Below, piece after piece: positions 18,401-28,302 of a DNA stretch of 64,000 bases. Source of the stretch: an uncultured Nitrospiraceae bacterium. GTDB lineage: Bacteria; Nitrospirota; Thermodesulfovibrionia; Thermodesulfovibrionales; Dissulfurispiraceae. Under the pieces are notes generated by a model. It saw only the letters and a list, made by a program, of their open reading frames with translations. It had not been told where the DNA came from and did not search any database. Numbering within the stretch: position 1 is the first letter of the stretch; each line of letters starts with the position of its first letter. Where the stretch lies: contig CAVPIW010000006.1 of the NCBI GenBank assembly GCA_963705105.1, positions 832,001-896,000 on the forward strand, read 5' to 3'. The position numbers and the translations under genes are program-made.

Positions 18401-20320
18401 TCATTTCTTCAGCTCGTCGGCGATCTCCGCGATATACCGGGACGTCCTCGCCATCATCGTCTCGCCGAAACGCATGCGGAAAGCCGCCGAAGAGAGATAG
18501 AGCCTCTCCTTCGCTCTCGTCACGGCCACATAGAAGAGGCGCCGCTCCTCCTCCAGTGCGAACTCATTGCGGAGGGCCCGGGCCGACGGGAAGATCTCCT
18601 CCTCCAGTGCGACGACGAAGACGACGGGAAACTCGAGGCCCTTGGCGGCATGGATCGTCATCACCTTCACCGAGTCGGCGTCTCCCATGCGGTCCTGGTC
18701 GTGGGTCAGGACACTGTCCTCGAGAAAAGACGAGAAGGTCTTTGCCTCCATCTCGATGGTCTTAAGCACGTTCGCCAGCTCGGAGATGTTTCCCTTTCTG
18801 TCATCGGCATCGTCGCGGTAATGATCCTCCAGATAATCGTCGTACCGGACCTTTTTCATAACCTCCATAAGAGCACTATAGGGCCTGTCCTCGACGATCT
18901 CCCGGGTCTTTTCGATGACGGCGATGAGCGCGTCCGCCGCGCTCCGCTGTTTCGCCGACAGCTTCGTGTCCTTCAAAGCCTGAGTCCAGCCCGTGTCATA
19001 ACTGTCCCTGATCTTCTGCACGGTCTTCGGGCCGAAGGAACGGGGCGGCGTATTGATAACCCTTTCGAAGGCGGCCTTGTCCCGGTCGTTGACCATGAGG
19101 CGCAGGTAGCAGAGCATGTCCTTGACCTCGGCGCGCTCGTAAAAGGCCGCACCCCCGACGATCTCATGGGGGATGCCCGCCGCCATGAAGGTGTGCTCAA
19201 ACCCTCTCGACACGAACGTCATCCTCATGAGCACAGCCATGTCGCCATAGCGGTACCCTGCGCGGTTGAGCATCCTGACCATGTCTGCCACATGCATGCA
19301 CTCGTCGGCATGGTCCGAGCAGCGCCTGTACCGGACCTCGCCCTCGTCTTTCCGGTCCGGTGACAGTTCGAGCACCCTGCCCTCCCACATGCGGTCCGCC
19401 CTGGCGATGATCCTGTTCGCCACGTCGAGGATCTTTTTCGTCGACCGGTAGTTCACCTCGAGTTTCCGCTCCGATGCGCCGAAGTCGCGGGAAAAGTCGA
19501 TGATGTTGAGCGGATGGGCGCCTCTCCACGTGTAGATGCACTGCTGGGGGTCGCCGACGACGCAGACATTGCCCCTGTCGCCGGCGAGGAGGTTCACGAG
19601 AAGGTACTGTATCTTGTTTGTGTCCTGGTACTCGTCGACGAGGATGTACTCGAAGCGGTCCTGCCAGCGTTTCCTGAAAAGCGGCTTCTTTGACAGGAGA
19701 TCGACGGTATTGTAGATGAGATCGTCGAAGTCCATGGCGTTGCTTCGTTCCAGGGCCTGCTGATAGAGTTCTGCGACGGGCGCAAAGCGGGAGTCCGGAA
19801 AGGAGAGCCGCCTGATTGCGTCGACGATGTTTTCCCTGTACGCCTGTTTCGCCCGCGAGATGACCGACCGGGCCGCGTCGGCCTCCTTGACGTCCATGCC
19901 GTACCCCTTGAGTATTTCCTTCAGAAGCTTCTGGGCATCCGCCTCATCGTAGATGAGGAATGACCGGTCATAGGTCTTATCGAGGCCCCGGATGCTCTCG
20001 CGAAGGACCCTGACACAAAAGGAGTGGAAAGTCGAGATCCACGGGGGCCGTAGCGACAGAAGGCGCTCGACGCGCTCCTGCATCTCCCGGGCCGCTTTCT
20101 TCGTGAAGGTTATGGCGAGGATCCTGTCCGGTCTCACTCCCTTTTCGCTGACCAGATAGGCGATCTTGTGGGTGATGACCTTCGTCTTGCCCGAACCGGC
20201 GCCCGCGAGAACGAGCAGGGGGGAGCCGAAGTGCTTGACGGCCTCGCGCTGCTGGGGATTGAGGCCCTCCAGGACGGACGCCGCGGTATTTAAAGAACGA
20301 TCTTTATTGTGTCGCTGCAT
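18401..20320 (-). CDS. pcrA: UvrD/PcrA ATP-dependent DNA helicase
   Basis: LNPQQREAV, AGAGSGKT, DEYQD, NYRST, TIHAAKGLEF, EERRLFYVAVTRA; nearest canonical start is ATG 20320, inside a repeat end. Confidence 0.9.
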   Translation of the reverse strand: MQRHNKDRSLNTAASVLEGLNPQQREAVKHFGSPLLVLAGAGSGKTKVITHKIAYLVSEKGVRPDRILAITFTKKAAREMQERVERLLSLRPPWISTFHSFCVRVLRESIRGLDKTYDRSFLIYDEADAQKLLKEILKGYGMDVKEADAARSVISRAKQAYRENIVDAIRRLSFPDSRFAPVAELYQQALERSNAMDFDDLIYNTVDLLSKKPLFRKRWQDRFEYILVDEYQDTNKIQYLLVNLLAGDRGNVCVVGDPQQCIYTWRGAHPLNIIDFSRDFGASERKLEVNYRSTKKILDVANRIIARADRMWEGRVLELSPDRKDEGEVRYRRCSDHADECMHVADMVRMLNRAGYRYGDMAVLMRMTFVSRGFEHTFMAAGIPHEIVGGAAFYERAEVKDMLCYLRLMVNDRDKAAFERVINTPPRSFGPKTVQKIRDSYDTGWTQALKDTKLSAKQRSAADALIAVIEKTREIVEDRPYSALMEVMKKVRYDDYLEDHYRDDADDRKGNISELANVLKTIEMEAKTFSSFLEDSVLTHDQDRMGDADSVKVMTIHAAKGLEFPVVFVVALEEEIFPSARALRNEFALEEERRLFYVAVTRAKERLYLSSAAFRMRFGETMMARTSRYIAEIADELKK

Positions 20321-20445
20321 AAAAAGTGGGGGAACTCGCCTCGAGTCCTGCTGAATGCGATATTGTTCATTGCAGGGTCTGCTCCCCGGGCAGACCGTCT
20401 TCCATGTGCCGGGCCCTTCGGGGAGCGGCCCCTGCATTGCGACGA
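20311..20445 (-). repeat. Partial family 1 element with REP-like doublet
   Basis: Reverse complement aligns with 28165-28296 (GCAGGGGCCGCTCCCCGAAGGGCCC...GGTCTGCCCGGGGAGCAGACCCTGCA). Confidence 0.85.
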
Positions 20446-20458
20446 TTGTTTGTGTCCC

Positions 20459-21028
20459 TTAGAGCAGTCGATATGGGTACGCCCTCTTTGCCCATTCGCT
20501 CTCGGGGTATTCCGCCTGCAGCTTTTCGTAGGCCTCCTTGAGCGGTTTGGGGTTGTGGGTGCTCTTGTACAGGCATACACCCCGGAGGAAGATCGCCTCA
20601 GACGCCGATCCGCTCCGCGCATAAGCAGTCATTATTCTTTCGAGGAGGCCCATGGCGTCGTCAAAGAGGTCCTGGTCGAATTTCACCTTTGCCATGCTGA
20701 GAAGCAAAGAAGGGATCAGGTCCTCGGGGGACAGAAAACCGACCGTCCTGTGATGCTCCTTGCCCTCCCCGTCGAGAGTGACGAGTGTCGGCGTCCACTT
20801 AACCTGAAAGTCCGCAGCCAGAGGCTTTGCGTCGAAGCTGACCCTGAGGGGGACCAGGTTTTCATTCATGAAGCTGATGACCTTGCCGTCGGGATACGTG
20901 ACCGCATCCATCTGCTGGCAGCCAATTCATCCGGGGTTGAAAAAATCGAGAAGGACAGGCTTTTTCTCTGTCTTCGCCCTCGCAAGAGCGGCTTCCATCG
21001 ACGTCTCCCAGGCGATCCCGTTACCCAT
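20459..21028 (-). CDS. Thioredoxin-fold + TPR-like selenoprotein with UxxC motif (Sec at 20927-20929)
   Basis: In-frame upstream extension MGNGIAWETSMEAALARAKTEKKPVLLDFFNPG-U-IGCQQMDAVTYPD; GGGAGG RBS before ATG 21028; cis-Pro loop WTPT. Confidence 0.9.
20892..20909 (-). promoter_or_regulatory. Candidate bacterial SECIS hairpin
   Basis: GGAUGCG-GUCA-CGUAUCC, G-initiated loop ~25 nt after the UGA. Confidence 0.65.
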
Positions 21029-21136
21029 GACACACCTCCCGTGGTGATATAGGAACTCTAAATACAATACAACTTTACCACAGGGCAGGCTACCCTTGTC
21101 CAAAAGGGCTCTTAAAAACGGGGATTAAGAACGGGA

Positions 21137-22666
21137 TTACGCCTCTGTGTGGAGCCTGTTCCGGACGACCTCTGCGACGCGGCGGAAGTCGATCTTGCCG
21201 CTGCCCATCTTGGGGAGGTCCTCGATGACAATCATTTTCTTCGGGAGGGCGATGTTGGGGAGTTGCTCGGCCATCCTCCTGAGGGTGTCGGTCTCATCAA
21301 CCTTTTCGGTAACGGCGGCCACGATGCGGGACCCCTTCAGGTGATCAGGCACCTCGACGATGCAGCATGAAACATGCTCGGGGATCACCTGTTCGAGCAC
21401 ATTCTCCACTTTGACAAGGGAGACCATCTCGCCGCCGATCTTGGCGAACCTCTTGAGCCTGCCGGCGTGCCAGAGATACCCGTCACCGTCGAGGTATCCC
21501 ATATCACCGGTATCGTACCAGCCGTGGCGGATGCGCATTGAGGTCTCCTCGATATCGCCGTAATACCCCTTCATGACGAGGTCGCCGCTGACTATAATCC
21601 TGCCCGTCTCACCGGGACCACAGTCTTTGCCGGTATCGTAGTTCTCGATCCTCACCCGGACGCCGGGGAGCACCTTCCCCACGCTTCCCGGCCTGTTGTT
21701 TTCGGGCATGTTCACCGAGATGACGGGGGACGTTTCCGTTGCACCGTATCCTTCGAGGAGAACGGCGCCGTGCTTTTCGAGGAACTGCTGCCTCAGCGCA
21801 TCAGGGCATTTGTCGGCGCCGCAGACTATGAGGCGGAGGCTCCTGAAATCGCCCTTCTCGGATTTCCGGAGATACCCCCAGAAGAAGCTCGGCGTGCCGA
21901 CCATGAGTGTCGGCTTTTCCTCCCTGACGATCGTGCAGACGGCCCGGTAATCGAGGGGATTGGCATAGGGGATGATGGTCATGCCGTGATACAGGGGCAT
22001 CCAGAGCGTGACGGTCAACCCGAAGACGTGGAAGTAAGGGAGGTTGGCCAGCACGCTGTCCCTGTCGGTGAGTCCGGCGACGGCGCTGAAACTCTCGATG
22101 TTCGACCAGATGTTCCGGTGCGCAAGCTGGACAGCCTTGGGGTCCTTCTCGCTGCCGCTCGTGAAGAGGATGACGCAGGTGTCGTCCTCATGTCCCCCGT
22201 GGACGGTCCGTGAGAGAAGCGCAAGGGGGAGCTGAGACATTACCTTCGCCTTCAGCTTATCGGCAATGCTGACCTTGTCGAAGATGTCCTCGATGAAGAT
22301 CATGCCGTCCACAATAGGACAATTGATCTTCTCCAGGAGGGCCTTCGACGTGATGATCGTCCTGAACCCGCACTTTTTCTGGGCGTACAGGGCATTGTTC
22401 GCGGCCCCCGTCGAATAGTTGATCATAACGGGAGTCCTGCCGCTCATGAGGGCGCCGAGTATTGTGAGGGCGCAGCCCGCCGATGTGGGGACCATGACAC
22501 CGATAAATCCCCTGTCGTAGCTCTTCATCTTCTCCGACAGGATGAGAGATGCGATGAGGGCCTTGTTGTATGTGATCTTCTTGTCTGTATTCCGGTCGAC
22601 AAAGGCCGTCTTGGTCCCGAATTTCTTTGCCACCTGGAGAAAACGCTGATGCAGGATCCTCATCAT
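21137..22666 (-). CDS. AMP-binding acyl-ACP synthetase (Aas synthetase-domain-like)
   Basis: FTSGSEKDPKAV, EGYGATETSP, WYDTGD, RFAKIGGEMVSL, GSGKIDF. Confidence 0.88.
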   Translation of the reverse strand: MMRILHQRFLQVAKKFGTKTAFVDRNTDKKITYNKALIASLILSEKMKSYDRGFIGVMVPTSAGCALTILGALMSGRTPVMINYSTGAANNALYAQKKCGFRTIITSKALLEKINCPIVDGMIFIEDIFDKVSIADKLKAKVMSQLPLALLSRTVHGGHEDDTCVILFTSGSEKDPKAVQLAHRNIWSNIESFSAVAGLTDRDSVLANLPYFHVFGLTVTLWMPLYHGMTIIPYANPLDYRAVCTIVREEKPTLMVGTPSFFWGYLRKSEKGDFRSLRLIVCGADKCPDALRQQFLEKHGAVLLEGYGATETSPVISVNMPENNRPGSVGKVLPGVRVRIENYDTGKDCGPGETGRIIVSGDLVMKGYYGDIEETSMRIRHGWYDTGDMGYLDGDGYLWHAGRLKRFAKIGGEMVSLVKVENVLEQVIPEHVSCCIVEVPDHLKGSRIVAAVTEKVDETDTLRRMAEQLPNIALPKKMIVIEDLPKMGSGKIDFRRVAEVVRNRLHTEA

Positions 22667-22719
22667 TCGACCGTCCTCAGGATATCGTCCACCCCGCCTG
22701 TGAGGAACTTAAACCTACG

Positions 22720-22938
22720 GCGAAACTCTGAAAACGAGGATAGGGCTTGGTTTCTGATGCAAAATTCACGGGTAATGTTCACGGCGGCGGGAGTCGAAGG
22801 CGGAAGCCAAAGCGGGAGCCGCACAGTGAAATTGCCAGAACGTATATCTTCACAAAAAGACATGCACAAGAACAGAGGTAGTTTATTTTGCGAAGAAATC
22901 ATGCCCTATCCTCGTGTCACATTATTTTGATACCAGTG
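22720..22938. repeat. MITE-like element, family 2, second copy
   Basis: Collinear with 5526-5746, same ~32-bp imperfect inner inverted repeat. Confidence 0.85.
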
Positions 22939-22983
22939 ACCTCGAACCGTTCAAAACGATACTCCCCTCGCCCTTCCCCGAAC

Positions 22984-24339
22984 CTAAAAATGAAGGACCA
23001 CCTGCGCGCTAAAGATATTCACGTTGGCGTCGTACGTGCCTTTCAGGCCGCCGCGGACGGCGTCCTCACCGACAGGCGACTTGTCGATGTTCGGATCGTC
23101 CACGAAAATATGCACATAACCGACGTCGACGGAGAACATCTTGGATATCTTGTATCCTACGCCGAAGGCCAGCCAGAAGCGGTCCTCGTCGGGTATGCGG
23201 GGCGTCCGCCGTTGTTCATCGGGAACGGGTGTCTCATCGTAGGCGATACCTCCCCTGAGGGTCCACGCCGGCGTCGGCATATAGGTGACGCCGAGGGAAT
23301 AGCGGAAGCTGTCGTCCCAGTCCGTCGTCACGACGGAGTCGGGCTGGCGAGGATTATCGAAGCGGACCCTCAGTTCGTTGAAAACACTCCAGTTCGTCCA
23401 GGTGATGTCCGCCATGATCTTCCATTGCGGGTTGAACTGATGGAAGAAATTCAGCGAGACCGTATCGGGAGTGGTCAGCTTCGCAAACGCGTCCGTGTCT
23501 CTGAAGACCGGCACGGGGGCGAGTCCCGCGGGCACGCCCGAGAAATCGGCCGTTCCGGCAAGGGTGTGATGGATCTGCGAGCGATAGGCAAGACCGGCGC
23601 GGGTGTCAGGCGTGAATTCGACGAGCAGGCCGAGATTGAATCCCACGTCCCAGTCATCTCCTTTCAAGTCGACGAAACCGTCGGCTCCCTGAGGCGTCAG
23701 CCCGAGCGCCCCCGGAGGGAGTCCAAGGGCGCCGATTGCGTCGAGGGTGCCGAAATCGATAGAGTTAGTCAGTTCGGCTTCGGCGTATTCGAAGCTGACC
23801 CCGCCGCCTATGCTGAGATGCTGATTGATCCTGTATGCGATGGAGGGGTTGATGTTCACTGTGAGAAGCTTCGACTTGACGGCATGGTAACGTCCCACCC
23901 AGGAACTGTCGTATTCCGTGGCGAGACCGTACGGGGCGCTCACACCGAGGCCGAGATAGAGGTCCTTCGCCACCTTGCCGCTGACGTAAAAGTTCGGGAC
24001 GATCCTCGTCTCTCCGCCGTCTCCGCCGCCGCCCCCGAGGAGAGGCACACCCGTTCTGGGCTGGAGGAGATGCGTCGAACCCTCGTTCTCGAATTTCGCC
24101 GACGGGATGATCACGTGGGCGCCGAGAATGGCCTGATTGCCGGGCAGTTTGGTCAGACCGGCAGGGTTGAAGAAGATCGTCGACGCGTCGTCGGCTCCGG
24201 CACCACCCGCATAAGCGTTTCCGAGGCCGCTCACGCTCTGCTCGATAATGGCGAACCCGGAGCCGAAGGCGTCCCTGCCGGCAAGCAGGGAGAGAAACAT
24301 GACACACAAAATAATCGCAAATCCGGTTCCTTTTCTCAT
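22984..24339 (-). CDS. fadL: FadL/OmpP1 long-chain fatty acid outer membrane transporter
   Basis: Signal peptide, SGFAIIEQSVSGLGNAYAG, NPAGL, RTPRIPD, C-terminal Phe. Confidence 0.92.
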   Translation of the reverse strand: MRKGTGFAIILCVMFLSLLAGRDAFGSGFAIIEQSVSGLGNAYAGGAGADDASTIFFNPAGLTKLPGNQAILGAHVIIPSAKFENEGSTHLLQPRTGVPLLGGGGGDGGETRIVPNFYVSGKVAKDLYLGLGVSAPYGLATEYDSSWVGRYHAVKSKLLTVNINPSIAYRINQHLSIGGGVSFEYAEAELTNSIDFGTLDAIGALGLPPGALGLTPQGADGFVDLKGDDWDVGFNLGLLVEFTPDTRAGLAYRSQIHHTLAGTADFSGVPAGLAPVPVFRDTDAFAKLTTPDTVSLNFFHQFNPQWKIMADITWTNWSVFNELRVRFDNPRQPDSVVTTDWDDSFRYSLGVTYMPTPAWTLRGGIAYDETPVPDEQRRTPRIPDEDRFWLAFGVGYKISKMFSVDVGYVHIFVDDPNIDKSPVGEDAVRGGLKGTYDANVNIFSAQVVLHF

Positions 24340-24573
24340 GGCCAATCCCCCATTCCTCAGTATTGTATGACGATTTTTTTCGGCGATTTCAAAGGGTCTT
24401 CCCAAATTGTCAGATTAGCATACATGCCGTCCGTGCCAAAGTCAATATGATATTGTTGCTATACCATACGATACTATTGCTGCCGGGACAAAGCGGAGAG
24501 CGGGCCCTTAAATCGCCCGGGAAAGTTGCTCTACTGCGTGCAGAAATTCATATCTTCGCAGAGAACATGCCCC

Positions 24574-24612
24574 CATATGCGCCCGACCGAAAGGCGGGGC
24601 GAAGATGCCGCT
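24574..24612 (+). repeat. Left arm of a family 1 element interrupted by ISL3
   Basis: ATGCGCCC..GAAAGGCGGGGCGAAG matches the left arm at 60074-60105. Confidence 0.55.
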
Positions 24613-24626
24613 GTAAAAGTAACTAA

Positions 24627-25938
24627 GGTTCTTCCGGTTTAAGCGTACTTGACTAAAAAAATGCGACATGTTGTTACTCTAAGAGATTCCGACCAAGGAT
24701 TCTCAGAAGGAGGCAACAACATGTCGACAAGCTTATTGTATCACGCATTTGGTATACGAGGATACCGGTATCAATCGACCAGCTATCAGGAAGGGGCGGT
24801 TATTTTCACGATCACACAAGATCGATTGACCCTGCGGTGCCCTGAGTGCAATGGGCGGGATATCGTCTGTAAGGGAGTCACTGTGCGAGAGCTGCGGACG
24901 GTGCCGATCGGTGGCAAGAGAGCGTTTGTGCGTATTGCCGTGCAGAGGGTATGGTGCCTGGTGTGCGCTGTGGTGCGTCAGGTGAGACTGAAGTTTGCCG
25001 AGGACCGAGTCCGCTATACGAGGGCCTTTGAACGGTATGCATTGGAGCTTTCCCGGCGCATGACGATCCAGGACGTTGCGCGACATGTGGGCGTCAGCTG
25101 GGACGTGATCAAAGACATCCAGAAGCGGTCCCTCCACAGGAAGTTCTCCCGGCCGAAACTGGGTCATCTGAGGCGCCTCGCCATCGACGAGATTTCCATC
25201 GGCAAAGGGCACAGGTATGTGACGGTCGTCTTGGATCTTGATAGTGGAGCTGTGGTCCATGTTGGCGACGGCAAGGGGACTGATGCGTTGAAGCCTTTCT
25301 GGAGAAGGCTGTTGCGCTCGGGCGCCACAATACAGGCCGTGGCGATCGACATGTCCCCTGCATACATCGCTGCTGTGTCTGACAACGTGCCGGAGGCAGC
25401 CATTGTCTTTGACCGTTTTCATATCGTCAAGTTGTTCAACGACAAGCTCTCCGATTATCGTCGTGACCTGTACCATAAGCTCACCAGCCAGTCAGACAGG
25501 ATTGTGCTGAAGGGGACCCGCTGGCTCCTGCTGAAGAACCCCGAAAACCTCGACGCAGAAAAGAACGAACAGCAAAGGCTTCAGGAAGCATTGCAGATGA
25601 ACGCCCCTCTGGCAACGGTCTATTACATGAAAGAAGACTTGCGAACGCTTTGGAACTACCCGGGCAAAGGATCGGCAGAGCGCTTTCTGGATGACTGGAT
25701 TGCGCGGGCCAAGGCATCAGGAATACGGATGCTGCAGTCATTTGCGGAGACGCTCCATGCCCATCGCTGGGGGATTCTGGCATGGTATGATCATCCCATT
25801 TCAACTGGCCCTCTGGAGGGCACAAACAACAAGATTGTGACAATGAAAAGACAGGCATACGGCTTCAGAGATATCGAGTTCTTCAAACTTAAGATCATGG
25901 CTCTTCATCAGTCAAAGTACGCTCTTGTCGGATGAACC
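24627..25938 (+). mobile_element. ISL3 family insertion sequence (1312 bp), copy 1
   Basis: Ends GGTTCTTCCG / CGGATGAACC; 8-bp target duplication GTAACTAA (24619-24626, 25939-25946). Confidence 0.95.
24721..25935 (+). CDS. ISL3 transposase
   Basis: CPEC zinc finger, AIDE, IDMS, FDRFHIVK, EGTNNKI; AGGAGG RBS before ATG 24721. Confidence 0.95.
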   Translation: MSTSLLYHAFGIRGYRYQSTSYQEGAVIFTITQDRLTLRCPECNGRDIVCKGVTVRELRTVPIGGKRAFVRIAVQRVWCLVCAVVRQVRLKFAEDRVRYTRAFERYALELSRRMTIQDVARHVGVSWDVIKDIQKRSLHRKFSRPKLGHLRRLAIDEISIGKGHRYVTVVLDLDSGAVVHVGDGKGTDALKPFWRRLLRSGATIQAVAIDMSPAYIAAVSDNVPEAAIVFDRFHIVKLFNDKLSDYRRDLYHKLTSQSDRIVLKGTRWLLLKNPENLDAEKNEQQRLQEALQMNAPLATVYYMKEDLRTLWNYPGKGSAERFLDDWIARAKASGIRMLQSFAETLHAHRWGILAWYDHPISTGPLEGTNNKIVTMKRQAYGFRDIEFFKLKIMALHQSKYALVG

Positions 25939-26124
25939 GTAACTAAGTCATTAAGTTATTAAGTTATTAAGTCCATTACCGGCAGTCGGAACAATGCCAT
26001 GAGCGCGCAGACGGGAAGGCTGATGTGGTGAATAGCCTTTCCTCTAAGATACCTTGTTCATCTCCAGACCACCCCTTGCCGTGTCTATTGATACCAAAGC
26101 GCGTCAGGCAACAGGCGCTGAACA

Positions 26125-26252
26125 CCTTGAGATGTCTCATCATCGCATTGGAAAGGCTTTGAACCATATCTGCCTTCCCGGAGACAGCGGTAGTGACACT
26201 CACACTGACACTGTTTTCAGAGCGCTTCGCCTCGCCTTTCCACGCAACGATT
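26125..26252 (+). repeat. Right part of a family 1 element (module shared with 5350-5484 plus hexamer arm)
   Basis: Ends CTGTTTTCAGAGCGCTTCGCCTCGCCTTTCCACGCAACG. Confidence 0.85.
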
Positions 26253-26299
26253 AAAGCTAAGATGGTTATTTTGGCCATCTGTGATGGTACAATAAGAAT

Positions 26300-27301
26300 A
26301 TGCAAAGGCAGTATCTCGGCACTCTCGACTACAGGGACCCCCTTTACGAGATTCTTCTGTCCTCGGTCTGTCCCTATGTTCATGACCCGCTTTTCCACGT
26401 CAAACGGATGAACGTCAAGAGGGTCTACAAGTACACCGAGGAAAAATCAGGAATCGCCATCATCGGCAAGTTCTACCGTCTTGACGACCCGAAGCAGGAG
26501 CGTAGCCTGCGCATCAAGGGCGAATATGAAAAGCTCGTCCAGGTCAGACGGTACGGCTTTGACAGGGGTCCCAACTATGTGGTGCGTCCCATTGCAAGGG
26601 AAGAACGCATTGGTCTCGCCCTTGTCGAGGACTACGTCAGGGGAAAAGACCTCGATCATTATGTGAAAAGGGCGATCTATGAAGGCAGGACAAATCGTCT
26701 CAGAGACAGACTATCAAAGCTTGCGGCATTTCTCTATACGCTGCACACGAAAACCGACGGCGGAGAACCGGTACAACCCGATATGACGGAGGCCTATTTC
26801 CGCAAAATCGTCTCGGAGCTCCGGAGGCAGACCGTACTCTGCCATGACGAAAAGAAGAGGTTTCTGGGGCTCATGGACAGATGGCTCCGCAGGGATATCT
26901 TCCAGGGCGCCCCGATCGCCCTCCTGCACGGCGATGCCACACCGACGAATTTCCTTTTCACCGAGAGAAACGACATCGTCGCCATCGATTTCGAGAGGAT
27001 GAAGAAGGGAGACAGCGCCTTCGACATCGGCATGGTCTGCGGCGAACTCAAACACGCCTTTCTCTGGAGGACCGGCGATCCCTTTGCCGCCGAGCCTTTC
27101 ATCCGCCATTTCCTCGACAGCTACGCCGGGTGCTGCATCGATCCGGGGAGTGCCTTCCGGGCGATAACGCGGCGGAACCCTTTTTATATGTCCCTGACGG
27201 AGCTGCGGATCGCGCGAAACGACTACCTCCACTGGGACTACAGGAAGAGGCTCGTCCATGAGGCGAAGGAATGCCTGTCCTGGGGGTTGAAGATCCCTTG
27301 A
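26300..27301 (+). CDS. Aminoglycoside phosphotransferase / choline kinase-like kinase
   Basis: HGDATPTNFL and IDFE motifs; extended -10 TGGTACAAT 6 nt before the ATG. Confidence 0.85.
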   Translation: MQRQYLGTLDYRDPLYEILLSSVCPYVHDPLFHVKRMNVKRVYKYTEEKSGIAIIGKFYRLDDPKQERSLRIKGEYEKLVQVRRYGFDRGPNYVVRPIAREERIGLALVEDYVRGKDLDHYVKRAIYEGRTNRLRDRLSKLAAFLYTLHTKTDGGEPVQPDMTEAYFRKIVSELRRQTVLCHDEKKRFLGLMDRWLRRDIFQGAPIALLHGDATPTNFLFTERNDIVAIDFERMKKGDSAFDIGMVCGELKHAFLWRTGDPFAAEPFIRHFLDSYAGCCIDPGSAFRAITRRNPFYMSLTELRIARNDYLHWDYRKRLVHEAKECLSWGLKIP

Positions 27302-28020
27302 TCAGGGCGGTGTTCTTCGATATTTACGGCACCCTCATCGACATCCGCACCGATGAGGGGGACCCCTGGGTATACGAGGTGCTTTGCCAGTATCTGGCTT
27401 ACCGCAGGGTGACCATTTCGCCGGATGAACTCAAGAGGGAGTTCTTCGACCGCGTCCGCGATCAGCTCAGGCAGAGTGCCGAAGAGCATCCGGAGGTCGA
27501 TGTCTACCATGTATTCGACGGGATCCTGCGCACGTACGGTTCCGCAAGGTATCCGAAGGCCGTCGTGGAAGACACGGCCATGCTGTTCCGGTCCCTCACC
27601 CGGCGGACCTTCCGACTCTTTCCCGACCTGTTTGATACCCTCGACGTACTGCGCAGCAGCTACAGGACCGCCGTCATCTCCGACGCTCAGTGGGTCTTCA
27701 CGGAGCCTGAAACATCGATCCTCGGAATCGACCGTCGCTTCCCTTTCATGGTGCTCTCGTCGAGGCTGGGGTACAAAAAGCCCGACATGCGGCTTTTCGT
27801 CGCCGCCATGGACAGGCTCGGCGTTAAGGCTTACGAGTCCGTCTATATCGGCGACAACCCGCACAGGGACCTCGTCGGAGCCAAGATGTCGGGGATGCGG
27901 TTCATACTCTTCCGCGGCGACTGCCGCGATTACAACGGATTCAGGCCCGACGCCTGCTTCGGCGAATACAGGGACCTGCCGGCTGTCCTTGAGAAGCTGG
28001 ATGACAAAGCGCCGGTATGA
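27298..28020 (+). CDS. HAD-superfamily hydrolase
   Basis: FDIYGTLID, ISDA, KKPD, IGDNPHRD; TTG start overlaps upstream stop. Confidence 0.88.
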   Translation: MIRAVFFDIYGTLIDIRTDEGDPWVYEVLCQYLAYRRVTISPDELKREFFDRVRDQLRQSAEEHPEVDVYHVFDGILRTYGSARYPKAVVEDTAMLFRSLTRRTFRLFPDLFDTLDVLRSSYRTAVISDAQWVFTEPETSILGIDRRFPFMVLSSRLGYKKPDMRLFVAAMDRLGVKAYESVYIGDNPHRDLVGAKMSGMRFILFRGDCRDYNGFRPDACFGEYRDLPAVLEKLDDKAPV

Positions 28021-28036
28021 AGGGACGATGGCAAAA

Positions 28037-28302
28037 CCTTGTTGTTGCATACTCCCTCAGAAAATGCGGGGCGAATGCGCCGAAAAGCATCGGTGCTGCG
28101 AAACCTTTGCCTTCCCATGCAGACTATTTCAGGCAAACGATCGATGTCACAAAGGATGGAATGGCATCGTGTAGGGGCCGTTCCCCGAACGGCCCGACAT
28201 TAATGAACCGGTCTGCTCGGGGAGCAGACCCTACAATGATCAATCTCGTAATCAGCGGGGCTTTGAGGCGTTTTGCCCCGCCTTTTCGTGCAACTGTTGG
28301 GT
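28037..28302 (+). repeat. Family 1 element (arm LC plus GTAG-REP doublet)
   Basis: Same terminal IR; internal GTAGGGGCCGTTCCCCGAACGGCCC and GGTCTGCTCGGGGAGCAGACCCTAC facing each other. Confidence 0.88.

Noticed and set aside
24424..24440. Sigma54 promoter upstream of fadL (TGGCAC)
   Set aside because: The -12 element is not at the required spacing.
22888..24450. 520-aa ORF antisense to fadL and similar long shadow ORFs (4269..5630, 48327..49622, 54177..55376)
   Set aside because: They are opposite-strand shadows of well-supported genes in GC-rich DNA, with no recognisable motifs.
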